DNA of 45,414 nt from contig JBKEHX010000001.1 of NCBI GenBank assembly GCA_046711205.1, positions 1 through 45,414 of the forward strand, given 5' to 3'. Positions 25,239 to 34,058 of the stretch are shown here, piece by piece (the stretch's first letter is position 1; each line of letters opens with the position of its first letter). The notes below the pieces were generated by a model. That model was not told the DNA's origin. It did not search any database and saw only the letters and a list, made by a program, of their open reading frames with translations. The DNA is from Flavobacteriaceae bacterium. Lineage in GTDB: Bacteria; Bacteroidota; Bacteroidia; Flavobacteriales; Flavobacteriaceae. A program made the translations under genes and the position numbers.

Positions 25239-25381
25239 TTTTTATTTTTTGTAAAAATAATGAAATTTATTTTACTGAACACATTACATTTATGAGTTAT
25301 TTCTGTCTAAGTAGAAATAATTGTCTTACAAACGAATTTTAAATTTCAACAGACTAGTTTAAATATTTACCCTAATATACT

Positions 25382-25849
25382 ATGAAAAAATTACTGCCTC
25401 TATTATTTTTAACCCTCATTAGTTTTAAGGTATTCGATCAAACGGAAATTGAAGCTAAGGAACTTTCAAAAAAAGAGCTTAGAGTGCTAAAAAAACAAAA
25501 AGCTTTTGAAAAACAAAAAGCCCGCTTTGAAAAACGAGGCCTGAATGCATGGGGAATTAATGAAAATGCCCCCAATGTAGTTATGGCGATTCGCGAACAT
25601 CTAGGTTCTGCCCGTATCGACACCCAACGTGGTTTAGTTATTATAAGAAAATCAGAATCGTTAACTAATTCTCAAGCTTATCCTCTTTGGATTATAGATG
25701 GGCAGCATTATCAATCCCCACCGACTAGTTTAGCGCTTCAAAATATTCGTGAAGTAAATGTTTATGAATCTTTAGCAGAAACCAATAAATGGGGACAACA
25801 AGGACGCGCAGGTGTTGTTGAAATTATTACAATAAATTTTATAGATTGA
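25382..25849 (+). CDS. secreted protein with a TonB-dependent-receptor plug-like C-terminal segment (stand-alone, 155 aa)
   Basis: It has a signal peptide, a Lys/Glu-rich helix, then PLWIIDGQHY...IREVNVYESLAETNKWGQQGRAGVVEIIT. That resembles the PL.viDG...I.si.vlk...a.alYG.raanGVI.ItT block of TBDR N-termini. Confidence 0.5.
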   Translation: MKKLLPLLFLTLISFKVFDQTEIEAKELSKKELRVLKKQKAFEKQKARFEKRGLNAWGINENAPNVVMAIREHLGSARIDTQRGLVIIRKSESLTNSQAYPLWIIDGQHYQSPPTSLALQNIREVNVYESLAETNKWGQQGRAGVVEIITINFID

Positions 25850-26781
25850 TCCTTAAGGTTCAAATAGCTTTAATTCAGCCTTTTTTAATATGGGGGTTAT
25901 TCTTTATGACCCCAATACTGAGTGCACAAAAGCCCAGTAATTTTACCTATCTAATAATCCTAGGAACCCTTCAAGATGGGAATTCACCGCACTTGGGTTG
26001 TGAAAAGAAATGTTGTAAATTTCTTAATGAATTTCAAAAAGAAGAACGTAAAGTCACATCACTGGCAGTAATTCAACCAAAAAACAATTTTAATATACTT
26101 TTTGAAGCTACTCCTAACATAATTTCTCAATGGACGGCATTGCCATGTAAACCAAAAGGAATTTTCTTAACTCATGCCCATATGGGGCATTATTCTGGAC
26201 TTTTGCAATTGGGTAGAGAGGCTTTAGGCGCTAAAAATATCCCCGTACATGTAATGCCTAAAATGGCAACTTTTTTGCAAGAAAACGCGCCCTGGAGTCA
26301 ATTGATATCAATTGGAAATATTGAACTAAAGCCAATGTTGGCAAATCAAGCAGTCCGTTTTAGTGATGATATAACAGTAACACCAATTCTTGTTCCCCAT
26401 CGTGATGAATTTTCCGAAACCGTTGGGTATCGAATTCAAGGGCCAAATAAAACAGTGCTTTTTATTCCAGACATAGATAAATGGTCCAAGTGGAATCAAA
26501 ATTTAATAGCCGTCTTAGAAACTGTGGACTATGCCTTTTTAGATGCCACTTTTTTTGATCAAGAAGAAATAAAATACCGTGCATTAGAAGAAATTCCGCA
26601 TCCACTTGTAGAAGAAACTATTGCTTATTTAAAGCCCGCATCTCGGCAGCTAAAAAGTAAAATATACTTTATTCATATGAATCACACCAATCCTTTACTT
26701 GATTTTCAAAGTAAAGCTACCAAATGGGTAATTGATCAAGGGTTCCATATTGCGCGAAAAGGGCAGCAGTTTCAATTGTAA
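25846..26781 (+). CDS. metallo-beta-lactamase-fold hydrolase, PqqB-like
   Basis: It has LTHAHMGHYSGL (an HxHxxH-type metal motif), later His/Asp ligands (PHRDEF, FIHMNH) and a signal-like N-terminus. The TTG start overlaps the previous stop by 4 nt; an alternative ATG is at 25906. Confidence 0.65.
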   Translation: MILKVQIALIQPFLIWGLFFMTPILSAQKPSNFTYLIILGTLQDGNSPHLGCEKKCCKFLNEFQKEERKVTSLAVIQPKNNFNILFEATPNIISQWTALPCKPKGIFLTHAHMGHYSGLLQLGREALGAKNIPVHVMPKMATFLQENAPWSQLISIGNIELKPMLANQAVRFSDDITVTPILVPHRDEFSETVGYRIQGPNKTVLFIPDIDKWSKWNQNLIAVLETVDYAFLDATFFDQEEIKYRALEEIPHPLVEETIAYLKPASRQLKSKIYFIHMNHTNPLLDFQSKATKWVIDQGFHIARKGQQFQL

Positions 26782-26818
26782 TTGAATCATTTATTTCATT
26801 TTTAGCATTCAATTGATA

Positions 26819-26862
26819 AAGATCATCATAGGATTTTTTACCTTACAGGTTAAAATGATCTT
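26819..26862. promoter_or_regulatory. 8-bp inverted repeat (AAGATCAT-N28-ATGATCTT) ending 8 nt before the start of the 1099-aa gene
   Basis: Exact complementary arms at 26819-26826 and 26855-26862. Confidence 0.25.
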
Positions 26863-26869
26863 GATTTAA

Positions 26870-29800
26870 ATGAAAAAAGTTTTAAAAACCATTTTTGTCT
26901 TGAGAAAGCCTTTTCATTGTCTAGGCTTTTATGGCATGTTTATTTTTTTACTTTCCCATTGTTCCTTGGAAATTCCGAAAAAAATAAATCAAGAAATGGC
27001 TGGGCTTCCAGAAGAAGTGGATTTTAACTACCACATAAAACCCATCCTTTCAGACCGTTGTTTTAAATGCCATGGTCCAGATGAAAACACAAGAAAAGCA
27101 GGTCTAAGATTAGATGTTGAAACACTAGCATTTGCAAAATTAGCAAGTGGCAAAAGTGCCTTTTCAAAAGGAAGTATTTATAGAAGTGAAGCCGCACATC
27201 GAATTATAAGTATGGATCCTGAAATTCAAATGCCTCCTCCTTTTTCAAACCTTCAACTTACAGAAAGAGAAAAAGCCATGCTTCTTAAATGGATTGAGCA
27301 AGGCGCAAAATGGAAAGAACATTGGTCGTTTACGCCCTCTAAAAAAATCAATGCCTCACTACTTTCAATAAAAAATAATAAGCAGATTATTGATCAATTT
27401 ATTTCAGATAAATTAACCGAAAATGGGTTAAGCTTTGAAGTCGAAGCTACAAAGGAAACCTTAATTCGTAGGTTGCGTTTTGATTTAACAGGAATTCCAC
27501 CATCAATTTTAGAAATTGATGTTTTTTTAAAAGACACACTGCACGGAAATTATGAACGCCTAGTAGACAGATTAATGGCCTCTAAGAGTTTTGCAGAAAG
27601 ACTTTCTTTAGATTGGCTAGATCTTTCACGGTATGCAGATTCTCATGGCCTGCATGCAGATGGTTCTCGAACAATGTGGCCATGGCGTGATTGGGTAATT
27701 GATGCTTTTGAGAAAAACATGCCTTATGATCAGTTTGTAACCTGGCAATTAGCTGGGGATTTACTGCCAAATGCAACCAAAGAACAAAAACTAGCGACAG
27801 CTTTTAACCGAAATTCTCCTATGACTGCTGAAGGGGGAATTATTGATGAAGAATGGCGCTTAAACTATGTTTTTGATCGGACGGAAACATTTAGCACTGC
27901 CTTTTTAGGATTGACAGTAGCCTGTGCAAAATGCCATGACCATAAGTTTGATCCAATTTCTCAAAAGGACTACTACCAACTAAGTGCCTTTTTTAATAAT
28001 ATAAGAGAATTAGGAATGACTGGCGATGATGGGGATTTTGGCCCGCTACTTTATTTACCTTCAGAAAATCAACAAGCACAGCTTAAAAAGCTGAAAACAC
28101 TCATAAGAGAAACACAAACTAAAATAGAACTTTCCAAAAAAGAACTGGCAGAAGTCTATCAATACATAGAAAAACTTCCTGTAGAAAAAGAACTTGAAAA
28201 GCACCTAATTGGAACCTATCCTTTTGATAAAATTACCCCAATAAGAACACGTAAAAACTCAACCTTTGTTATTTCCAATAATACTGTTGTCACGCCAGAA
28301 TATTACATAAGCGATAACAATCGAAATGTAAAATCTAGCCAAGCTCCCATAGAAGTTAAAGGAATTAAAGGAAATGCCGTTCAATTTAAAAGTGACTACG
28401 ACAAGATTTCCATAGACAAAGAAATTCCGAGTTTTGAATGGACCGACCCTTTTTCTGTAGCTATTTGGATTAATACAGAGCAAAAAAAAGAAAACACACG
28501 ACAATATATTCTTGGGACTACAGGGGGTAAAAACAACTGGTGGCGTGGATGGGATTTTTATTTAGATGATCAAAATCATGTTAACTTCCGACTGGTCAAT
28601 ATGTCTCCTGGCAACATGATTCATGTTCGCTCTACAGAAACTGTTTTGATTAATCAGTGGACGCATCTTAGTTTTGCGTATAATGGCACTGGGAAAGCTA
28701 ACGGAGTTCAATTGTTTAAAAACGGTTCCCCCTTTGCAACCTCTACTAAAATTAACAACCTTTCAAAATCAATTAAACCAGTTTCCACAAGCGGAATGCA
28801 TGTTGAGCAACGTGCAGTTTTAATTGGAAAAACATATGAAGGATCCACCGGAGATAATGGCCTTTTTAAGGGGAAAATGGATGATCTCAAAATTTATGAT
28901 AAGTCCCTTTCAGCATTAGAAGCCTCTTTACTCTTCAACCAATATGCTGAGGAATCTCCTGCGCCAGAAAAAGGATTAATGAAAGAACATTGGATTCAAA
29001 ACCATCAAAAATATACCTCGCTCGATAAAGAGTTGCGAAAAAATTTAGGTGCCTGGAGAGAAACTATTGATCCCGTAATAGAAGTAATGGTTATGGAAGA
29101 GCTGAAAGAAGCTCGCACAACCTACCTCTACAATCGAGGAAACTATGCCGAACCTGCCTTTGAAGTAGAGACTATAACCCCAGGGGCACTTCCTTCTATG
29201 GATAAAGAACTCCCTAAAAACAGGCTTGGATTGGCACAATGGTTATTCAAAAATGAAAACCCCCTGACAGCACGTGTTGCTGTAAATAGGTATTGGCAAA
29301 TGATTTTTGGAAATGGCCTGGTGGCTACTCCCACTGATTTTGGAGTTCAAGGCTCTTTACCCTCGCATCCTGAATTATTGGACTGGTTGGCTGAAGATTT
29401 TAAAGAAAATAATTGGGATGTAAGAGCTCTGATTAAAAAAATGGTGCAGTCTAAAACGTATAAACAACGTGTACTATTTTCCAATAAAAAGAATACCCTT
29501 GATCCAAACAATATTCTGCTGGCTAGAGGAAATAGCAAAAGATTGTCTGCTGAAATGATTCGGAATAATGCACTGTCTGTTAGTGGCTTACTGTCTGAAA
29601 AATTAGGAGGCCCTAGTGTAAAACCTTACCAACCAAAAGGCTTATGGAAAGAAAAAAACACGTTTTCCTTGCGTCTTTTAGAGTACAAAGAATCCGAAGG
29701 TGAAGACTTGTATAGAAGAGGGATTTATACCTTTATAAAACGCGGGTCACCTCCACCTTCCTTAATTACTTTTGATGCTACCTCTCGTGAAATTTGTACT

Positions 29801-30169
29801 ATTAAAAGAGAAAATACTTCTTCGCCCTTACAGTCTTTAGTCCTTTTAAATGATGTTCAGTTTTTTGAAGCTTCCCGTGTTTTTGCAGAACGTATTTTTG
29901 CGGAATCTAAAGACACTTTAGAGGCTCAGATTACGTATGGCTTTAGGCTCGCTACCTCTCGATTTCCAGAACCACAAGAAATTGAATTAATGAAAGAACT
30001 CTATCAAAATCAACTAGCATTTTACAAAAAAAATAAACGACAAGCTTATAGGGTCGTCAATGTTGGGAATTCCAAATTTAAACAAAAGACAAAGGTGGAT
30101 AAGGTGGCTGCCATGACCATTGTTGCCAACACACTACTAAACATGAATGAGTCCTATTATAAATATTAA
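26870..30169 (+). CDS. PSCyt1 (CxxCH heme-c) / DUF1549 (PSCyt2) / LamG-like / DUF1553 (PSD1) multidomain protein
   Basis: HIKPILSDRCFKCHGPDENTRKAGLRLD (Planctomycete cytochrome C motif). WSFTPSKK...IDQFISDKL...LIRRLRFDLTGIPPS (DUF1549-like). DDLKIYDKSLSALEASLLF (LamG_3-like ending). FGVQGSLPSHPELLDWLA (DUF1553-like). Confidence 0.8.
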   Translation: MKKVLKTIFVLRKPFHCLGFYGMFIFLLSHCSLEIPKKINQEMAGLPEEVDFNYHIKPILSDRCFKCHGPDENTRKAGLRLDVETLAFAKLASGKSAFSKGSIYRSEAAHRIISMDPEIQMPPPFSNLQLTEREKAMLLKWIEQGAKWKEHWSFTPSKKINASLLSIKNNKQIIDQFISDKLTENGLSFEVEATKETLIRRLRFDLTGIPPSILEIDVFLKDTLHGNYERLVDRLMASKSFAERLSLDWLDLSRYADSHGLHADGSRTMWPWRDWVIDAFEKNMPYDQFVTWQLAGDLLPNATKEQKLATAFNRNSPMTAEGGIIDEEWRLNYVFDRTETFSTAFLGLTVACAKCHDHKFDPISQKDYYQLSAFFNNIRELGMTGDDGDFGPLLYLPSENQQAQLKKLKTLIRETQTKIELSKKELAEVYQYIEKLPVEKELEKHLIGTYPFDKITPIRTRKNSTFVISNNTVVTPEYYISDNNRNVKSSQAPIEVKGIKGNAVQFKSDYDKISIDKEIPSFEWTDPFSVAIWINTEQKKENTRQYILGTTGGKNNWWRGWDFYLDDQNHVNFRLVNMSPGNMIHVRSTETVLINQWTHLSFAYNGTGKANGVQLFKNGSPFATSTKINNLSKSIKPVSTSGMHVEQRAVLIGKTYEGSTGDNGLFKGKMDDLKIYDKSLSALEASLLFNQYAEESPAPEKGLMKEHWIQNHQKYTSLDKELRKNLGAWRETIDPVIEVMVMEELKEARTTYLYNRGNYAEPAFEVETITPGALPSMDKELPKNRLGLAQWLFKNENPLTARVAVNRYWQMIFGNGLVATPTDFGVQGSLPSHPELLDWLAEDFKENNWDVRALIKKMVQSKTYKQRVLFSNKKNTLDPNNILLARGNSKRLSAEMIRNNALSVSGLLSEKLGGPSVKPYQPKGLWKEKNTFSLRLLEYKESEGEDLYRRGIYTFIKRGSPPPSLITFDATSREICTIKRENTSSPLQSLVLLNDVQFFEASRVFAERIFAESKDTLEAQITYGFRLATSRFPEPQEIELMKELYQNQLAFYKKNKRQAYRVVNVGNSKFKQKTKVDKVAAMTIVANTLLNMNESYYKY

Positions 30170-31630
30170 ATGATGAATTGCAATCACGACCACGATCACT
30201 CAGACTATTCTAGGCGTGACTTCCTAACCAAAACTACTTTAGGTTTAGGAGGGCTTAGTTTAGCGAGTATGATAAATTCTGAAAATCTATATGCCTTCAA
30301 CAAAATTAGTAATTCAACCGCATTAAATTCGAAATTACCTCATTTTGTGCCTAAAGTAAAACGGGTTATTTATTTATTTCAAAGTGGAGCTCCCTCACAA
30401 TTAGACTTGTTTGATTACAAGCCCATGCTAAATAAAATGCAGGGACAAGAACTTCCTCCAAGTGTTTTTGGTGAACAACGGCTTACAGGAATGACCGCTG
30501 GGCAAAATTCATTTCCCTTAGCGGGAAGTCTTTTTAATTTTAACCAACACGGAAATAGTGGTGCTTGGATGAGTGATCTAATGCCTGAGGTTAGTAAGAT
30601 TTCTGATGAGTTGTGTTTTATCAAATCTATGCACACAGATGCAATAAACCATGATCCTGCCGTAAGCCTTATTCAAACTGGTTCACAGCTTCCGGGAAGA
30701 CCCTCCATAGGTTCCTGGTTAAGTTATGGTTTGGGGAGTGACAATAAAAATTTACCTGGTTTTGTGGTATTAATAACAAAAGATAAGTATGGTCAGCCAC
30801 TCTACTCTCGCTCATGGGGGAATGGCTTTTTACCTTCACAACACCAAGGAGTACAGTTCCGTTCAGGAAAAAATCCTGTGCTATATTTAGATAATCCTCC
30901 CGGTGTTACTAAACAGCTTAGGGAAGAACAGTTAGACTATTTAGCCAAAATGCAGCAGAATAAATATAATGATATTGGAGATCCTGAAATTTTATCTCGA
31001 ATCAGTCAATATGAAATGGCGTTTAGAATGCAGACTTCTGTTCCTGATGTGATGGACTTGTCTGAAGAACCTGATTATATCTATGACATGTATGGAGAAG
31101 ACAGTAGAAAGCCAGGAACCTTTGCTGCTAATTGCCTTTTAGCTAGGCGCCTTGTGGAAAAAGATGTTAAGTTTATACAGCTCTACCATCAGGGTTGGGA
31201 TCATCACGGGGATCTACCAAAAAATATTAAAACCCAATGTAAAGAAACTGATCAACCTACAGCAGCCTTAATCAAGGACCTCAAACAAAGAGGCCTCTTG
31301 GAAGATACACTTGTGATTTGGGGCGGAGAATTCGGAAGAACAAACTACTCGCAGGGGCAATTAACAGACACGAATTATGCGCGTGATCATCACCCCGGTT
31401 GTTTCACCATCTTTATGGCCGGAGCAGGAATTAAAAAAGGAATTACCTATGGTGCCACGGATGAATTTGGGTATAATATTATTGAAAACCCTGTGCATAT
31501 TCATGACTTTCAAGCAACACTAATGCACCTTATGGGAATTGATCACGAAAAATTCACCTTTAAGTTTCAAGGAAGAAGGTTCAGACTTACCGATGTTCAT
31601 GGAAGTGTTGTACATGATATATTAGCCTAA
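30170..31630 (+). CDS. DUF1501 family protein (alkaline-phosphatase/sulfatase-superfamily fold), Tat-exported
   Basis: It has a twin-arginine signal (YSRRDFLTKTTLGLGGLSLA), then YLFQSGAPSQLDLFDYKP and WGGEFGRT blocks typical of DUF1501. The start codon immediately follows the previous stop. Confidence 0.8.
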   Translation: MMNCNHDHDHSDYSRRDFLTKTTLGLGGLSLASMINSENLYAFNKISNSTALNSKLPHFVPKVKRVIYLFQSGAPSQLDLFDYKPMLNKMQGQELPPSVFGEQRLTGMTAGQNSFPLAGSLFNFNQHGNSGAWMSDLMPEVSKISDELCFIKSMHTDAINHDPAVSLIQTGSQLPGRPSIGSWLSYGLGSDNKNLPGFVVLITKDKYGQPLYSRSWGNGFLPSQHQGVQFRSGKNPVLYLDNPPGVTKQLREEQLDYLAKMQQNKYNDIGDPEILSRISQYEMAFRMQTSVPDVMDLSEEPDYIYDMYGEDSRKPGTFAANCLLARRLVEKDVKFIQLYHQGWDHHGDLPKNIKTQCKETDQPTAALIKDLKQRGLLEDTLVIWGGEFGRTNYSQGQLTDTNYARDHHPGCFTIFMAGAGIKKGITYGATDEFGYNIIENPVHIHDFQATLMHLMGIDHEKFTFKFQGRRFRLTDVHGSVVHDILA

Positions 31631-31645
31631 ACCTATGTTATAATT

Positions 31646-32695
31646 ATGGAAAAAAACAGAAGAGATTTTATTAAAAAAACAGGAATTGCTGCTGGAATTT
31701 CAGCACTGCCCTTTGAAAATATTTTTGCGGTTACAAACCCTGCAAAAGAAGAAAATACGATTATTGGTCATGGAGATTATAAATATAAGGTTGATAAATC
31801 ATGGGGAATTCAAGATCCTTCTCAATTTCCTGTTAATGACTGCCATGAAATGGTAATGGATAAAAAGAAAAGACTTTTTATGACCACTACACATCCCAAA
31901 AATAATATTCTGGTATATGATCAATCAGGTAAAATTCTTGATGCCTGGGGAACCGATTTCCCTGGAGCACACGGATTAACTCTTGTTGAAGAAGGGGGAA
32001 AAGAATTTTTATTTATTACAGACCCTGAAACTCATAAAGTTTTCAAAACGACCCTTAAAGGAGAAAAGTTACTTGAATTTTCTACACCAAAAGAAGTTGC
32101 TGCTTATGAGAAAGATGCCCAATTTAAACCAACTGAAACAGCCATAGCTAATAATGGAGATATATACATTGCCGATGGCTATGGAATGGATTATATCATG
32201 CAATATGACGCCAAAGGAAACTATATAAGACATTTTGGAGGTAAAGGAACTGAAGCACACCAATTTGACTGTTGCCATGGTATTACAATTGATACCCGTG
32301 AAGGTAAAGCGCCTACTCTGTTAATTACATCACGTAGCGCAAATGTATTTAAAAGGTTTTCCTTAGACGGTAACTACCTAGAAACCATTTCATTACCAGG
32401 ATGTTATATTTGCAGACCTGTTCTAAAAAACGGGATGCTTTATTTTGCGGTAATTGTAACTAAAGATTGGGGCAGTTATGACGGAATGCTGGCAGTACTC
32501 AACAATAAAAATGAGGTGGTTTCTCTTCCAGGAGGAAGTATTCCCTCATACAATAACAACTCTTTTCAAGTGCCACAATATGATCAAAAAACATTTTTTA
32601 ACCCGCATGATGTTTGTATAGATGACGATGAAAATATTTATGTCCCACAATGGAATTCGGGAAAAACATATCCACTTAAATTAACAAGGGTTTAG
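31646..32695 (+). CDS. Tat-exported six-bladed beta-propeller protein (NHL/peptidyl-hydroxyglycine-lyase-like)
   Basis: It has a twin-arginine signal (MEKNRRDFIKKTGIAAGISA). Repeated short blade motifs (HGLTL..., GDIYIADGYG, HGITID, HDVCIDDDENIYV) are consistent with NHL-type propellers. Confidence 0.55.
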   Translation: MEKNRRDFIKKTGIAAGISALPFENIFAVTNPAKEENTIIGHGDYKYKVDKSWGIQDPSQFPVNDCHEMVMDKKKRLFMTTTHPKNNILVYDQSGKILDAWGTDFPGAHGLTLVEEGGKEFLFITDPETHKVFKTTLKGEKLLEFSTPKEVAAYEKDAQFKPTETAIANNGDIYIADGYGMDYIMQYDAKGNYIRHFGGKGTEAHQFDCCHGITIDTREGKAPTLLITSRSANVFKRFSLDGNYLETISLPGCYICRPVLKNGMLYFAVIVTKDWGSYDGMLAVLNNKNEVVSLPGGSIPSYNNNSFQVPQYDQKTFFNPHDVCIDDDENIYVPQWNSGKTYPLKLTRV

Positions 32696-32696
32696 T

Positions 32697-34058
32697 ATGA
32701 TAAGCCTTGACATTACTACTTTTTTTGGACGTTTTCATCCGTTATTAGTTCATTTACCTATTGGGTTTTTGCTGCTCGCGCTTCTCTATGATCTAAAATG
32801 GTTCAAAAAAAAAGAATCATACTATAATTTAAATTCTATCACATGGTTTCTAGCTTTTATCACCTCTGCTATTAGTGCTTTTATGGGGTGGCTTTTGGCT
32901 CAAAATGGGCACTACATTGAGACCGATTTAAAACCACATCAGATTTCAGGGATTCTATTGGTTTTATTTAGCGGAGTTGGTTGGTTTCTTAGGGTCCGAA
33001 ATCTTATCATTCCTCCCATACTCAAAAAATTAAATAATATTATTGTAATTGGTTTATTAATATTAGTAGGTCATTTGGGAGGGAGCTTAACACATGGACC
33101 TTCCTATTTATATGAACATCTTCCTGAGCAAGGTATACTAAAATTTGAAGCCCAAGAGACCTATATTGATTTAAAAAAAATCTCCTTAGATTCTATTACC
33201 GTTTTCAATGACATCATTCAGCCCTTATTGACCTCAAAATGCATTGCTTGTCACAACAATGATATTTCTAGTGGGGGACTAAATATGACGAGTATTGAAG
33301 GGCTTACGAAAGGAGGTAAAAGTGGTGCTGGAATTATTGGCTCTAATATTAATAAGAGTTTAATTTTTGATCGAATTATACGCGCCCAGGACGATGCCAA
33401 ATTTATGCCTCCCATGGGAACACCCTTTACCTATCAAGAAATTCAATTAATGGAATGGTGGATTGAAGAAGGCGCCTCCTACTCCAAGGCCCTTTCCGAA
33501 ATAAGCCCAAAGAGTTTCATTCAAAAACTTCTTTTATCTCGCTATGGAATGGATATACGAGAAAAACCCTGGGTTGAAAAAGTATCGCTTACCCCTTTGG
33601 GTGAAGCTGATTTTGAAGCGTTAGAAAACGCCAATTTTGGTTGGAGAAGTCTTTCAAAAGAGAATGCACTTTTGGACCTGAAGTATGAAGCAAAAAATCT
33701 TACAAAAGAAGCCCTTGATGTTCTAGGTATATATGCACCTTATATTACATGGCTCAATTTGAGTAACTGTACTTTTTCTAATACAGAATTAGAGGTTTTG
33801 AGTAAAATGGAAAATCTAACACGCTTAAATCTACAAAAATCTAACGTTAAAACAAATGACCTGAAGGGGTTGGTCTCCTTAACACACCTAGAGGTTTTAA
33901 ACATTCACAGCACAGGGGTTAATAAAGAAATTCTTGAAATTCTAAAAGAGATTGCAAGCTTAAAAAGAGTTTTCCTTTGGAACACTAAGATTACTTTAAA
34001 AGAGGTTGAAAAAATTAAAACTAAAACACCTTCTTCAGAACTTATCTTTGAGCTCTAA
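32697..34058 (+). CDS. polytopic membrane protein with a periplasmic CxxCH (PSCyt1-like) domain and C-terminal leucine-rich repeats
   Basis: It has about 4 N-terminal TM helices beginning FHPLLVHLPIGFLLLAL (DUF2231-like) and the heme-c motif IIQPLLTSKCIACHNND. LRR-like repeats follow (LNLSNCTFSNTELEVLSKMENLTRLNLQKSNV...LEVLNIHSTGV). Confidence 0.7.
   Translation: MISLDITTFFGRFHPLLVHLPIGFLLLALLYDLKWFKKKESYYNLNSITWFLAFITSAISAFMGWLLAQNGHYIETDLKPHQISGILLVLFSGVGWFLRVRNLIIPPILKKLNNIIVIGLLILVGHLGGSLTHGPSYLYEHLPEQGILKFEAQETYIDLKKISLDSITVFNDIIQPLLTSKCIACHNNDISSGGLNMTSIEGLTKGGKSGAGIIGSNINKSLIFDRIIRAQDDAKFMPPMGTPFTYQEIQLMEWWIEEGASYSKALSEISPKSFIQKLLLSRYGMDIREKPWVEKVSLTPLGEADFEALENANFGWRSLSKENALLDLKYEAKNLTKEALDVLGIYAPYITWLNLSNCTFSNTELEVLSKMENLTRLNLQKSNVKTNDLKGLVSLTHLEVLNIHSTGVNKEILEILKEIASLKRVFLWNTKITLKEVEKIKTKTPSSELIFEL

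Noticed and set aside
27582-29538. Six minus-strand ORFs (60-81 aa) antisense to the 1099-aa PSCyt/DUF1553 gene, and 30415-30636 antisense to DUF1501
   Set aside because: All are embedded in long, motif-supported genes on the other strand and show no independent signals.
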